From: Phycisphaerales bacterium
Lineage (GTDB): Bacteria > Planctomycetota > Phycisphaerae > Phycisphaerales > UBA1924
NCBI GenBank assembly: GCA_032229765.1
Contig: JAVTWO010000081.1
Span: forward strand, 1-64,000
DNA length: 64,000 nt
Reading direction: 5' to 3'
In this document: in pieces, positions 49,901 through 59,397 of the stretch
Numbering within the stretch: the stretch's first letter is position 1
Layout: the number at the start of each line of letters is the position of its first letter
Program-made: the position numbers and the translations under genes
The notes under the pieces: generated by a model
Told to the model about the DNA's origin: nothing
What the model saw: the letters and a program-made list of their open reading frames with translations, nothing else
Databases searched by the model: none

Positions 49901-51163
49901 TTACGTGCCCATTTCAATGATCCAATATCGATCAGATGTTATTATATACACTTTTCTGCCATCAGGATCTCGAATATACCTCATATATACAGTCGTTATG
50001 CCGGATGCCGGAAAACGCAACGTCGATACCGTCACCCCTTCGCGATCACTGAAGTGCATCTCAAAGTACCTCTTCTCCGTCACCGGCCGCCTCCTCTCAT
50101 CAAGGAGGTACCCCCGCAACGAAGTGTGCATTGAGTACTTGACCCCATCAACGCAACACTCGACGAATGCTCGCTCGTGGCTGGCATCCCTGATCGCCAT
50201 GTGGCCCGCGTAAGAAATGTTGACATACCTATCCCGTCCTTGGCTATCCATGACGAGATACACGCGGTCCTCAAGCCGTTTTAGTGCACTCACATACGCC
50301 AACTGGGTCGGCGAGCCAAATCGAATAGACTTCAGTCCCGGAAAGGTGGCAGCAGCGACTTCTTCGCCCGAAGCAACATCAATCGCGAACAACCTCATCG
50401 CGGCCTTGTTCGTGAGCACATCGTTTGAGTACCAGATAATCTCATCATTCCCATCATTATTGATATCGATTATATCAACAAGATCACCGTATTTACCATT
50501 CCTTACCTGATGCTTCTTGATTGTTTCCAAATCGGGCGAAAAGAGCCAAACGAATGATCGATCTTCCCCCGGAGAGCACATAACCAACCACGACTCCCCG
50601 TTGATCCGCGCAAAGTCCCAAGGAACAGCATACGACCGGGCATGCTCCGCGCGATCCAAAGCAATCTCTTTCACTACGCGACCGGAGCTCGCATCAAGCA
50701 CTTCAATTCGCTGTACCGGCCGGCCGCTCAGCTTCCAATAACGACCGCTTGTCCAACTCGGCGCAACGAATGCAATTCCACGTTCGCCGTCTATCATTCG
50801 CTCCTGCTTAACCTTTGCGACGCCGTTGGAGTTGATGAAAATCGCCTCGTCGCCTTGGAGCAGCACCAAAGAGCTACTCTGTTGATTGAAGAATGCCAAG
50901 CGTGTATTGCGTGAGTGCGTTTCACTCTGATAAACGCGAATACTGTGATTTGCGGCAAGAGCGTAAGTGCCCCACCGGCCGGGATGATCGTGCACCGTGC
51001 TTTCAAAGTCGGCTGCACTGGAGTCAACGGGACCATCAACCCAAAACGACCTCTTCTCGCTGGATGATTGGGTATCCGCCGCATTGTTGACACGACAACC
51101 ACACATCGAACCTGACGACAAGACAACGGCGAGAAACAGAACACTGTGAACAAGTCGCGTCAT
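49901..51163 (-). CDS. secreted hypothetical protein with FG-GAP/Ca-binding-like repeat; low-GC (~50%) horizontally acquired gene
   Basis: The 420-aa ORF has a signal peptide (MTRLVHSVLFLAVVLSSGSMCGC) and a DIIDINNDGNDEIIW motif. The whole gene is clearly AT-richer than the flanking genes, by direct inspection. Confidence 0.5.
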   Translation of the reverse strand: MTRLVHSVLFLAVVLSSGSMCGCRVNNAADTQSSSEKRSFWVDGPVDSSAADFESTVHDHPGRWGTYALAANHSIRVYQSETHSRNTRLAFFNQQSSSLVLLQGDEAIFINSNGVAKVKQERMIDGERGIAFVAPSWTSGRYWKLSGRPVQRIEVLDASSGRVVKEIALDRAEHARSYAVPWDFARINGESWLVMCSPGEDRSFVWLFSPDLETIKKHQVRNGKYGDLVDIIDINNDGNDEIIWYSNDVLTNKAAMRLFAIDVASGEEVAAATFPGLKSIRFGSPTQLAYVSALKRLEDRVYLVMDSQGRDRYVNISYAGHMAIRDASHERAFVECCVDGVKYSMHTSLRGYLLDERRRPVTEKRYFEMHFSDREGVTVSTLRFPASGITTVYMRYIRDPDGRKVYIITSDRYWIIEMGT

Positions 51164-51427
51164 GATCTGGTCCCCTGCGAAGCGACTCGATTCTGGTGTC
51201 GCTCTTCTTTCTGACTTCGTCGTGGTCGCTCCCCGGCGGAGAGTGGGCGGGTCAGAAAGCGCTCAGCCGAGTCGAACTCGCCGCTTGCTGTCAACCTCGC
51301 CAGGTCCGGCTGGATTGCGATTCTCCGCATATCGCTCCCCCGTCGTCAAGACCGCCCCCCTCCCCCACTCCCCCCGCTTCCCTCCCTTCGTTGACCTCGA
51401 CTCTTCCGCTCCACCAAACCCACAAAC

Positions 51428-52789
51428 TCAAGGCCCGACCGTCGAAGGCACCGGCACCATCGGCGCGGGCTTTTCGTTCTCCGCCGCACCCTCCGCACCC
51501 GCGGGCTTGTTCGCCTCGTCGCTGCTTGGCGTCCCAGTTTCGCTGGGCATCTCGCGGAGCTTTTTCAATGCCGCCCGCACCGCCTCGTCCATCCCGTTGT
51601 CCTTCGCACGCGGGCCTTTCGCCTCCACGTCGGGCTGCAGCTTGTGTGCTTCAAGGCGAACGCCTTTGACCGTCACGTAATCGCTCAGCGGGATCTGCAC
51701 TTCCCACCCTTCCGCAAGCGGGCGGTGCGAGCTGACCAAGACCGCCCCGGCGCTGGGCGTGCCGACCAGCGGCGCTGAGCGCAGCTCACGCAACGCCGCC
51801 GCGGTGATCTCGCTGGCGCTGGCCGAGCCGCGGTCGATCAGCACCGCGACCTTCCCCGTGAAACGGTTCTCCTGCGTCGCGCGCACGACGTAGTTCCGCT
51901 TGGCCCACTTGGCGATCAGCAGCGCGTCGGTCCCCGCGTCGCCCGTCGCCTCGGTGTACTGCTTCGCCAGCGCCCGGCTCACACGCGTGCCCACTTCCGT
52001 ATTCCGCGGCAGGAAGAACCCCAGCAGGTGCGAAAGGTTGCTGACGCGCCCGCCGCCGTTGCCGCGAAGGTCCAGCACGAGCTCCTTGATCTCCTCTTTC
52101 TTGACGCGCGCGAAGAGCGATTCGATGTTCTTCAGGTCGTACCCGACCGAGAATGTCGGGATCCGCAGCACCGCCGCGCCGGGCTCGACGATCACGAGCG
52201 TCTCGGGCTTCCGCGTAGAGAACTTGCCCCGTGTGACCGACACGTCCTCCTCCGCCTTGTCCTCGCGCCGGAGCGTCAAAACCACCTTCGTCCCTTCATC
52301 GCCCCCCAGCGCCTCGGTCGCGGTGGCGGGCTGCCCGTCGATCTTGATGATCAGGTCCCCCGTGCGCACCCCCGCGCCCTCCGCCGGCCCGCCCTCGATC
52401 ACGTCCTGAATCAATAGCCCGTCATCGGTCTTCCGCGTGCTGATCCCCACGCCCACGCGCGTGGTGCTGTTCCGCGTGCTGGCAACCTGAGGCGAAAGCA
52501 CCCGCAGGTGCGAGATCCCAAACCCCTTCAGCGCGCCGTTGAGCGCCGCGTTAAACGCCTTCACGTCCACGGCCTTATCCAGCGTCTCGCGGTTCTTCTC
52601 GATCATCTCGGGGAGCTTCGCAAAGTCCACACCCGAGGTGTACGCGTAGCGGTCCACCTGGTTCTTCAACGCGTCGAGGATCTCCTGCTTCTGCTCCGCA
52701 GAGATCGGCTGCCCGATCACCGACGCCACGCAGACCAGCATCACCAAAGCCACGGCCGCGAACGAACGCACCCAGTTCTTCATATTCAC
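51428..52789 (-). CDS. S41 family C-terminal processing peptidase with PDZ domain
   Basis: Signal peptide, a PDZ domain (GVGISTRKTDDGLLIQDVIEGGPAEGAGVRTGDLII), and the catalytic region LIDRGSASASEITAAAL. Confidence 0.8.
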   Translation of the reverse strand: MNMKNWVRSFAAVALVMLVCVASVIGQPISAEQKQEILDALKNQVDRYAYTSGVDFAKLPEMIEKNRETLDKAVDVKAFNAALNGALKGFGISHLRVLSPQVASTRNSTTRVGVGISTRKTDDGLLIQDVIEGGPAEGAGVRTGDLIIKIDGQPATATEALGGDEGTKVVLTLRREDKAEEDVSVTRGKFSTRKPETLVIVEPGAAVLRIPTFSVGYDLKNIESLFARVKKEEIKELVLDLRGNGGGRVSNLSHLLGFFLPRNTEVGTRVSRALAKQYTEATGDAGTDALLIAKWAKRNYVVRATQENRFTGKVAVLIDRGSASASEITAAALRELRSAPLVGTPSAGAVLVSSHRPLAEGWEVQIPLSDYVTVKGVRLEAHKLQPDVEAKGPRAKDNGMDEAVRAALKKLREMPSETGTPSSDEANKPAGAEGAAENEKPAPMVPVPSTVGP

Positions 52790-52840
52790 AGTCTACAACC
52801 AAACCAACCAAAGGCCGCAGGTTGATGGTGGCACTTTCCG

Positions 52841-52880
52841 ATTTGGCCCTTTGCCATTTGCCCGTTTGCCATTTTCCCCT
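52841..52880. repeat. tandem ~7-nt repeat (TTTGCCA/TTTGCCC)x5 in divergent promoter region
   Basis: GATTTGGCCCTTTGCCATTTGCCCGTTTGCCATTTTCCCC, immediately upstream of the sigma-like ATG at 52891. Confidence 0.8.
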
Positions 52881-52890
52881 ACCCTCCCCC

Positions 52891-54624
52891 ATGCCCCCCG
52901 CCCCGAAGCTGCGCACACCCGCCCTGCGCGAGCTCATCAGCCAGCTTCGGTTCGTCCCCGCGGCCACCGCCCGTCGCCACGTCGAACGCGCCGAACACCT
53001 CTTCACCCTCATCGATCCCGAATCGACCTACCCCGCCGACTGGGTGATCTACCAGATCACCGCCTACCGCCCCGACACCTCCGACACGAGCGAGCCCGTG
53101 CTCATCCCGGGCAAGGCCCTGCGCAGCGACCTTCCCGCGCTGATCGACCGCCTGAGCATGATCGCCCAGTTCGACAGCGCCGAGCTGCGCACCCAGGGCT
53201 GGCTCGATGCTTCGGAGGTTGCAAATCGCTGGTCGATCACCCCGCGAACGCTGCAGCGCTATCGGTCGCTCGGGCTGCTCAGCCGCCGGGCCCGCGCGCC
53301 GGTCAAAGGCGGCGTGCGCGTGCTCTATCACGAATCCGCCCTGAACGCCTTCCTGGCGCAGAACGCCCCGCGCCTGCACGACGCCGCGGCGTTCTCGCGA
53401 CTGAGTCCCGACGAACGTGCACGTCTGCTCCGACTGGCGCAGCGCTGCCGCGAGCGCTTCGCGTGGTCGCCCACGCGGATCGCCCACGAGCTCGCCAAGC
53501 ACAGCGGGCGCAGCGTCGAGGCGATGCGCCAACTGCTCAAAGCCGCACCGAAGGCCAACCTCGCCTCACGCGCTCCGCTCCGCCCGCGCGACCTTCGGCT
53601 CATCGAGCTCGCCTCACGCCGTGGGTTGAAGACCACGCAGATCGCACGCCGACTTTCGCGCACGCCCGCCGCCGTCAGCCGCGCCGAGCTTCAACACCTC
53701 GCCCGACGCCTCCGCAACGCTTCGCTCCCCGAGCCTTCGGATTCCATCATCGACGTCACCAGCGCTCTGAAACACCCGGCCGCCCTGATGGGTCTCGGCG
53801 CCGGGTGCGCCGCGACCATGAGCGAACACCTCCGCAGGACCCTCGACGCGGGCTGGCCCGATGCGCAGCTCGAACTCGCCCGCGCCCGCGCGCTCCAAGC
53901 ACTGCTGAGCCGTGCGCGAGGCAACATCTCGCAGATCGACCCCACGCGCCCGCGACTGCCCACGATCGATCTCGCCCGCACCGACCTGCTGTGGGCGTGC
54001 CGACTGAAAACCGAGTTGGTGCGTTCGCAGCAGATGCTGCTGCTGAAGACCATCGAAGGCCGCCTCGGGAATGCGGGGCTGGAATCGCTCCCCCCACGCA
54101 GCGCCCGCGAGCTCTTCATGCTGTGCATCGAGGCGATCCTCACCGCGGTGGACCGCTTTGATCCGTCAAAGGGAGGGCGGCTGGCCGCCCCCGCGGGGAT
54201 CGAGCTCAACCGCGCCGTCGCCCGCTGGCAACAGCAACAGCACAAGCAACCTGAGCAGTCTTCGCCGTCAAGCAAGCCGTCGCAACGTCTGGCCGAACGC
54301 ACGCTCAAGCCCGTGGTTGAGCACATCGCGCTGCCCGACTGGACGCGTCGCGTCTATACGTTTCAGACGATGCTCGAACCCGCCGAGCCCGTCCGCCGAG
54401 CGGTGCAAACTCCTTCATCATCCCTCTCCACCACCGACCGCACCCTTCTCGCCGCCCGCTACGGCTTGCTCTCCGAGCCCCCCACCACGCTGAAGTCCCT
54501 CGCGGCTTCGATGAAGAACCTCCCCACGAACCTGCTCGTTCGGCGTGAGCGCCTCGCCCTCCGCCGGGCGTTTCTCATCGGTTTGAAGACACCCACCACG
54601 CCCGCCCTTCAGCACCGCGTTTAA
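52891..54624 (+). CDS. atypical sigma-70 family protein with ~350-aa N-terminal extension containing a MerR/excisionase-type HTH
   Basis: The region-2-like segment MLCIEAILTAVDRFDPSKGGRL matches [24 protein letters not shown]. The region-4-like segment is LLAARYGLLSEPPTTLKSLAAS...LLVRRERLALRRAF. The N-terminal HTH is ASEVANRWSITPRTLQRYRSLGLL. Confidence 0.55.
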   Translation: MPPAPKLRTPALRELISQLRFVPAATARRHVERAEHLFTLIDPESTYPADWVIYQITAYRPDTSDTSEPVLIPGKALRSDLPALIDRLSMIAQFDSAELRTQGWLDASEVANRWSITPRTLQRYRSLGLLSRRARAPVKGGVRVLYHESALNAFLAQNAPRLHDAAAFSRLSPDERARLLRLAQRCRERFAWSPTRIAHELAKHSGRSVEAMRQLLKAAPKANLASRAPLRPRDLRLIELASRRGLKTTQIARRLSRTPAAVSRAELQHLARRLRNASLPEPSDSIIDVTSALKHPAALMGLGAGCAATMSEHLRRTLDAGWPDAQLELARARALQALLSRARGNISQIDPTRPRLPTIDLARTDLLWACRLKTELVRSQQMLLLKTIEGRLGNAGLESLPPRSARELFMLCIEAILTAVDRFDPSKGGRLAAPAGIELNRAVARWQQQQHKQPEQSSPSSKPSQRLAERTLKPVVEHIALPDWTRRVYTFQTMLEPAEPVRRAVQTPSSSLSTTDRTLLAARYGLLSEPPTTLKSLAASMKNLPTNLLVRRERLALRRAFLIGLKTPTTPALQHRV

Positions 54625-55556
54625 ACGCCCGCCTTCTTCCCCGAGGGCTTCGTCACGATCGTCGCCTCACCACCCGCGCCGCCCCCTGTGGCGTTCTGCC
54701 GTGACAAAAGCTCGTCCCATTCCTTGACCATCCCCTCCGCCAGCTTCGCATAGTCCTGCGCACCGGCGCACTGCGGCGCATACTCAAAGATCGTCTGCCC
54801 GAAGCTCGGCGCTTCCTGCAGCTTCACGTTCCGACGCACCACGGGGCGGTACACCCGTCCGTTCCGCCAGGGCACATCCGTCCCCCGCGCCGCTTCAAAG
54901 AACCCGTCCAGATCCGCCACCACCTCGCGCCCGTGCGTCGTCGTCGAGTCATGGCAGCACAGAACCACGCCCGTCACGTGCAGCTTCGGGTTCACCGTCC
55001 GCCCCACCAGCGCCACCGTCTGCATCATCTTGCCCACGCCCTGCAAGGCCAGAAACTGCGCCTGCATCGGGATGAAGACCTCGCGCACGCACGCGAGGGC
55101 GTTGAGCGTCAAAACACCCAGCGAGGGCGGGCAGTCCATCATCACATACTCATACCCCGCCCCGCGCGCTTGCGCCGCGTCGATCGCCCCGCGCAGCCGC
55201 GTCAGCCGATCGCTCTCGGTGGCCAGCTCCGTCTCGAGCGCCGCCAGGTCCGTCTCCGAGGGCAACAAATCCAAGTTCGGCCGTGCCTGCCGGATCGCGC
55301 TCTCAAGCCCGATCGACGGGTCCAGCAAAAGGTCGTACACCGTCGGCTTCCGCGCCACCTCCCCCGCACCCCCCGCCCCCCCGGCCCCTTCCTCCTGCAC
55401 GTTCACACCAAGGTGCAGCGTGGCGTGCGCCTGCGGGTCAAGGTCCACCAGCAGCACCTTCTTGCCCAACTGCGCGATCCCCGCGGCCAGGTTCACCGCC
55501 GTCGTCGTCTTCCCCACGCCGCCCTTCTGGTTCATCAGCGCAATCTGCCGCACCAT
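54621..55556 (-). CDS. ParA/MinD-family P-loop ATPase (orphan)
   Basis: Deviant Walker A MNQKGGVGKTTTAVNLA plus ParA blocks. It also has a Gly/Ala-rich insertion. The start is set at MVRQIAL. Confidence 0.8.
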   Translation of the reverse strand: MVRQIALMNQKGGVGKTTTAVNLAAGIAQLGKKVLLVDLDPQAHATLHLGVNVQEEGAGGAGGAGEVARKPTVYDLLLDPSIGLESAIRQARPNLDLLPSETDLAALETELATESDRLTRLRGAIDAAQARGAGYEYVMMDCPPSLGVLTLNALACVREVFIPMQAQFLALQGVGKMMQTVALVGRTVNPKLHVTGVVLCCHDSTTTHGREVVADLDGFFEAARGTDVPWRNGRVYRPVVRRNVKLQEAPSFGQTIFEYAPQCAGAQDYAKLAEGMVKEWDELLSRQNATGGGAGGEATIVTKPSGKKAGV

Positions 55557-55833
55557 AGTGCCGCCAGTATATTCCCTCCCTCCCCTTCCCCCACCCCCTC
55601 TCCACGCGTTTTCTCGCCTCTCTCCGGTTTTTTTCACCCCCACCAACCGGGCTTTTCCCTCAGCGACCGCCCCTCTGGCCCATCGGTGCGCGCACGAACT
55701 TGATCTTTCAGAACCTGTTCCCCAACCCCGGCGCGCTACCCTCTCCGCGGTGCCCGATTCCGCCCCAAACTCGGCTTCGATCTCCATCCGCTCCTTCCTC
55801 ACCGACGGGGCGGTGGCGCGTTTGTGCGATGAA

Positions 55834-57426
55834 ATGTCGCGCCTGACGGGCGTGCCGATCTGGCTCCGCGATGTCGACGGCTCTGTCGTCGTTCCGCGAG
55901 AGGACGGGCAGCTCTGGGCCGTGCTCCCCAGCCGCGAGGGCGCTGCGAGGGCCTACGCCCTGGTCAACCGCGTCGCGCCGGAGCGTGGCGACCTCTTCCT
56001 GGCCCCCCTGAAGACCAGCGAAGGCTCCATCGGCGCGATCGCTATGCCCGCGGATTGGGACCGCGACGACCCGGTGGGCCGCCGGGCCCTTGAACGCGCC
56101 GTCATTCTCCTCGCGGGCACCGCCACCGAGGCCATCGAGTCCGTCATCGCCCTGCGCCGACGCGTCGAAGCGCTCGACACGCTTTACCGCCTGAGCTCCG
56201 CCCTCGCCCGCGCGCACGACGCCGACGCGGTGCTCTCCATCGCCCTCGATCTCGCCCTGGACGCCATGCGCTGCGACGCGGGCACCATCTCGATGATCGA
56301 CGAAAAGACCGGCGAGCTGGTCCACCGCGCCACCCGCGGGCTCTCCGAGGCCTGGCTCAACGACGGCGCGCCGCTCTCCATCGACGGCACCCTCCGCACC
56401 AGCGCCATGCAGGGCGAGGTGATCTGCGTGGAGAACCTCTGGACCGATCCGCGCATCGCCGACGCCAGCCGCCCGCGCGCCGAAGGACTCGTCTCGCTCA
56501 TCACCACCGGCCTCGTTTATCAAGGCCGAGCCGCGGGTCTGATCCGCCTCTACGCCCGTGCCCCGCGCACCTTCGCTCGCGCGCAGCAGGATCTGCTCCG
56601 CTCAATCGCCGATCACGCGGCGATGGTCGTCGCTCTGCAGCGTCTGCGTCAGCTCCGCGAGCAGGACCAGGCGACGCAGCGTCAGCTCCGTCTTGCCGCG
56701 GACGTGCAGCGGCGCATGCTCCCGCGGACGCTCCCCAACAGCGACCGCCTTGATATCGCCGCGAAGTACGCCCCCAGCTTCCACCTCGGAGGCGACTTCT
56801 ACGACATCTTCGAGAAGGGCGGCGCGGGCAAAGAGATCGGCATCGCCGTAGGCGACGTGGTGGGCAAGGGCGTTCCCGCGGCCATCCTCATGTCCGCCGC
56901 CCGCGCCAGCCTCCGCGCTTTCGCGGGTGAAGAGTGGCGTCTGGAAGAAGTCATCCGCAAGATGAACCAGGCGATCGTCCGCGACACCCTCGAGAGCGAG
57001 TTCCTCACCCTCTGGTGCGGGGTGATCGAGCCCAACACCCTCACCCTGCACTACTGCGCCGCGGGTCACGACCCCGCGCTGCTCTTCAGCATCGACAACA
57101 GCCGCGATGTGGTTCTTACCCCGCTTGATGTCGGGGGCATGGCCGTGGGCATCGACCCCGAGCAGCGCTACGAGGTCGGGCACGTGCACCTGCGCGCGGG
57201 CGACACGCTCGTGCTCTACACCGACGGGCTCAGCGAGGCCCTGAGCTTCCAGGGCGAGGCCTTCGGGCGGCACCGCATACGATCCGCCGTGGTCGAGCTG
57301 CTGAAAAACAACCCGCACGCCCCCGCGAGCGAAGTGATCGAGAAGCTCTTCTGGTCACTCCGTCAGTTCGCGGGCGTCCGCCTCAGCGGCGACGACATCA
57401 CCATCGTCGTCCTCCGCGTCAAATGA
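55834..57426 (+). CDS. GAF-domain PP2C-type serine phosphatase (RsbU/SpoIIE family)
   Basis: Central GAF domain and C-terminal SpoIIE/PPM blocks (FHLGGDFYDIF, GIAVGDVVGKGVPAA, LYTDGLSEA). Possibly GTG-initiated at ~55751. Confidence 0.75.
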   Translation: MSRLTGVPIWLRDVDGSVVVPREDGQLWAVLPSREGAARAYALVNRVAPERGDLFLAPLKTSEGSIGAIAMPADWDRDDPVGRRALERAVILLAGTATEAIESVIALRRRVEALDTLYRLSSALARAHDADAVLSIALDLALDAMRCDAGTISMIDEKTGELVHRATRGLSEAWLNDGAPLSIDGTLRTSAMQGEVICVENLWTDPRIADASRPRAEGLVSLITTGLVYQGRAAGLIRLYARAPRTFARAQQDLLRSIADHAAMVVALQRLRQLREQDQATQRQLRLAADVQRRMLPRTLPNSDRLDIAAKYAPSFHLGGDFYDIFEKGGAGKEIGIAVGDVVGKGVPAAILMSAARASLRAFAGEEWRLEEVIRKMNQAIVRDTLESEFLTLWCGVIEPNTLTLHYCAAGHDPALLFSIDNSRDVVLTPLDVGGMAVGIDPEQRYEVGHVHLRAGDTLVLYTDGLSEALSFQGEAFGRHRIRSAVVELLKNNPHAPASEVIEKLFWSLRQFAGVRLSGDDITIVVLRVK

Positions 57427-57696
57427 CGGGGTGCGCCGTGAAGGCGTGAGGTCGGCCTCGATCGCCCCTCACCCCCCTCCCCGCACCCCCGAAACTCACG
57501 GCCGCACCCCCAGCCCGCGCAATCCACCAAACCCAGACACGCACCCTTCGGCCCAACGCCGTCGCGGTTTCGTACAGATGCAACACCATTCAACCCCGGG
57601 CCTTCCCAAGGCCGATAGCACTCTGGTTCACGAACCGAATCCCTCGCCGCCACCGCGCCAGCCCCGCTGCGCCCGCGGCTTGAATCGAGATCCACC

Positions 57697-58647
57697 ATGA
57701 ACACCGACCCCGCTCAACCCATGTTCGCCGGCGCTTTCACCGCCATCGTCACCCCCTTCACCGACGACGCCTCCGCCATCGACTTCGCCCGCCTGAAGGA
57801 CCAGATCGACTTCCAGGCACGGGGCGAAGACCCCGCCGTCGGCGGCGTCAAGGGCATCATCATCTCGGGCACCACGGGCGAATCCCCCACCCTCAGCGAG
57901 CAGGAATACCGCGCCCTGGTCACCAAGGGCGTCGACTTCGCCCACCGCGCCGGGCTCATCGCCGTCGTCGGCACGGGGAGCAACTCCACCCACCACGCCC
58001 TGCACCTGCAACGCATCGCCGAGAACGCCGGTGCCGACGCCACCCTCAGCGTGAATCCCTATTACAACAAGCCCGTGCAGGAAGGCCTCTACCAGCACTT
58101 CATGCACATCGCCGACCAGGCCCAGATCCCCGTCATGCTCTACAACATCCCCGGTCGCACAGGCGTGGCCCTCTCCCCCGAAACCGTCGAACGCCTCAGC
58201 AAGCACCAGCGCATCACCGCCATCAAGGAAGCCACCGGCTCGACCGATTCCTGCGGCGAGATCGCGATGCGCTGCCCCAACCTCGCGGTGCTCTCAGGCG
58301 ACGACACCATGACCCTCCCCTTCGCCAGCGTCGGCGCGGTGGGCGTGGTCAGCGTCCTGTCGAACCTCTTCCCCTCAAAGCTCACGTCCCTCTGCAACGC
58401 CTTCCTGCAGAACCGCTGGGACGACGCGCTGCAGATCCACCGCGAACTGATCCCCCTGGCGCGCGCGATGTTCGTGGAAACCAACCCCATCCCCGTCAAG
58501 GGCGCGATGATGCTGCAAGGCCGCGACACAGGCTCGCTCCGCCTGCCCATGACCCGCGCCAGCGAGAACACCCTCAAGCTGCTGCGCTCGCTGAACCTCG
58601 ATCAGTCCCCGGCCTTTGGTGGCTCGGCTCTCCAGAGCCGAGCATGA
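57697..58647 (+). CDS. dapA: 4-hydroxy-tetrahydrodipicolinate synthase
   Basis: DapA motifs (GTTGESPTLS, a Schiff-base Lys in ...IKEATG..., YNIPGRTG). Confidence 0.9.
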   Translation: MNTDPAQPMFAGAFTAIVTPFTDDASAIDFARLKDQIDFQARGEDPAVGGVKGIIISGTTGESPTLSEQEYRALVTKGVDFAHRAGLIAVVGTGSNSTHHALHLQRIAENAGADATLSVNPYYNKPVQEGLYQHFMHIADQAQIPVMLYNIPGRTGVALSPETVERLSKHQRITAIKEATGSTDSCGEIAMRCPNLAVLSGDDTMTLPFASVGAVGVVSVLSNLFPSKLTSLCNAFLQNRWDDALQIHRELIPLARAMFVETNPIPVKGAMMLQGRDTGSLRLPMTRASENTLKLLRSLNLDQSPAFGGSALQSRA

Positions 58648-58701
58648 TCATCCTTTGTCGATCAAGACGTAGACCAAGATCAAAACGCCCAACAACGAAG
58701 A

Positions 58702-58740
58702 GGGCCGATCGCCCAAAGCGATCGGCCCTTTGTCTTTTCT
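58702..58740 (+). terminator. rho-independent terminator of dapA (GGGCCGATCGC-CCAAA-GCGATCGGCCC + TTTGTCTTTTCT)
   Basis: An 11-bp perfect GC-rich stem followed by a U-tract. Confidence 0.7.
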
Positions 58741-58769
58741 AGTGCCTAATGCCGAGTGCCCAGTGCCTA
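58739..58769. repeat. tandem heptamer array, reverse-orientation copy of the GGCACTR family (reads GGCACTG GGCACTC GGCATTA GGCACTA on minus strand)
   Basis: It lies directly between the dapA terminator and the stop of the convergent lipoprotein gene. Confidence 0.85.
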
Positions 58770-58773
58770 CGAC

Positions 58774-59349
58774 TTACTTCTTCCGCTTCAACTCAAAGAC
58801 CATCTTCTCCGTCGGCTGGCCCTTCTCCCACCCGCTCCAGTGCTGGCGGATCACGTCCTTCGAGACGATCTCCAGCGTCATGTTCCCCATGCAGTGGTCC
58901 GTCTCCACCGAGTTGTTCGTCACCGAATCGAACTTCATCACGATCATCCCCGGCGTGCTGTCACTCGTCGACATCATCCGCGGCTGGTTCCCCACCGCGC
59001 AGTAGTGCGTCATCATCAAGCGCGACCCGTTCATGTGGTACATGTTCGTCATCTCGTGCGAAGAGCCGGGGAACATCACCTCGCGGACCGCGTTGCCGGC
59101 GCTGCTCACGCTGAAGACGTGCGTCGAGGTCACCTCGCCCTTGTCGTTACGACCCTCCCACGTCCCCGCCAGGGCCTTGACCTGATCGAGCAGCGCCGCC
59201 TTCTGCTCCTTCGTCGCGGGCGCGACGATCATCTGGCTCGGCTCACTCGCCGAGCGAGCCCCGCCGGTCTGACAGCCTCCCAAAGTCCCCGCCGCTGCGA
59301 CCATCGCCAGAGCCACAACCGACATGCCGTTGATCCGCTTCATCTTCAT
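58774..59349 (-). CDS. hypothetical lipoprotein
   Basis: Signal peptide with lipobox (AAAGTLGGC). Met/His/Cys-rich mature domain. Confidence 0.5.
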   Translation of the reverse strand: MKMKRINGMSVVALAMVAAAGTLGGCQTGGARSASEPSQMIVAPATKEQKAALLDQVKALAGTWEGRNDKGEVTSTHVFSVSSAGNAVREVMFPGSSHEMTNMYHMNGSRLMMTHYCAVGNQPRMMSTSDSTPGMIVMKFDSVTNNSVETDHCMGNMTLEIVSKDVIRQHWSGWEKGQPTEKMVFELKRKK

Positions 59350-59397
59350 GGAAACCTCCTGAATGGATAACCTGTTGGTTAGTATAACGAAATCAGC

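Noticed and set aside
54621-55802. Long N-terminal extension (82 aa) of the ParA-like ORF and the overlapping 798-aa plus-strand ORF from 55030
   Set aside because: The ParA homology starts exactly at MVRQIAL (55556). The plus-strand ORF upstream of ~55750 is antisense to parA and has no M until 55834. The phosphatase N-terminus is therefore placed at 55751 (GTG) or 55834 (ATG).
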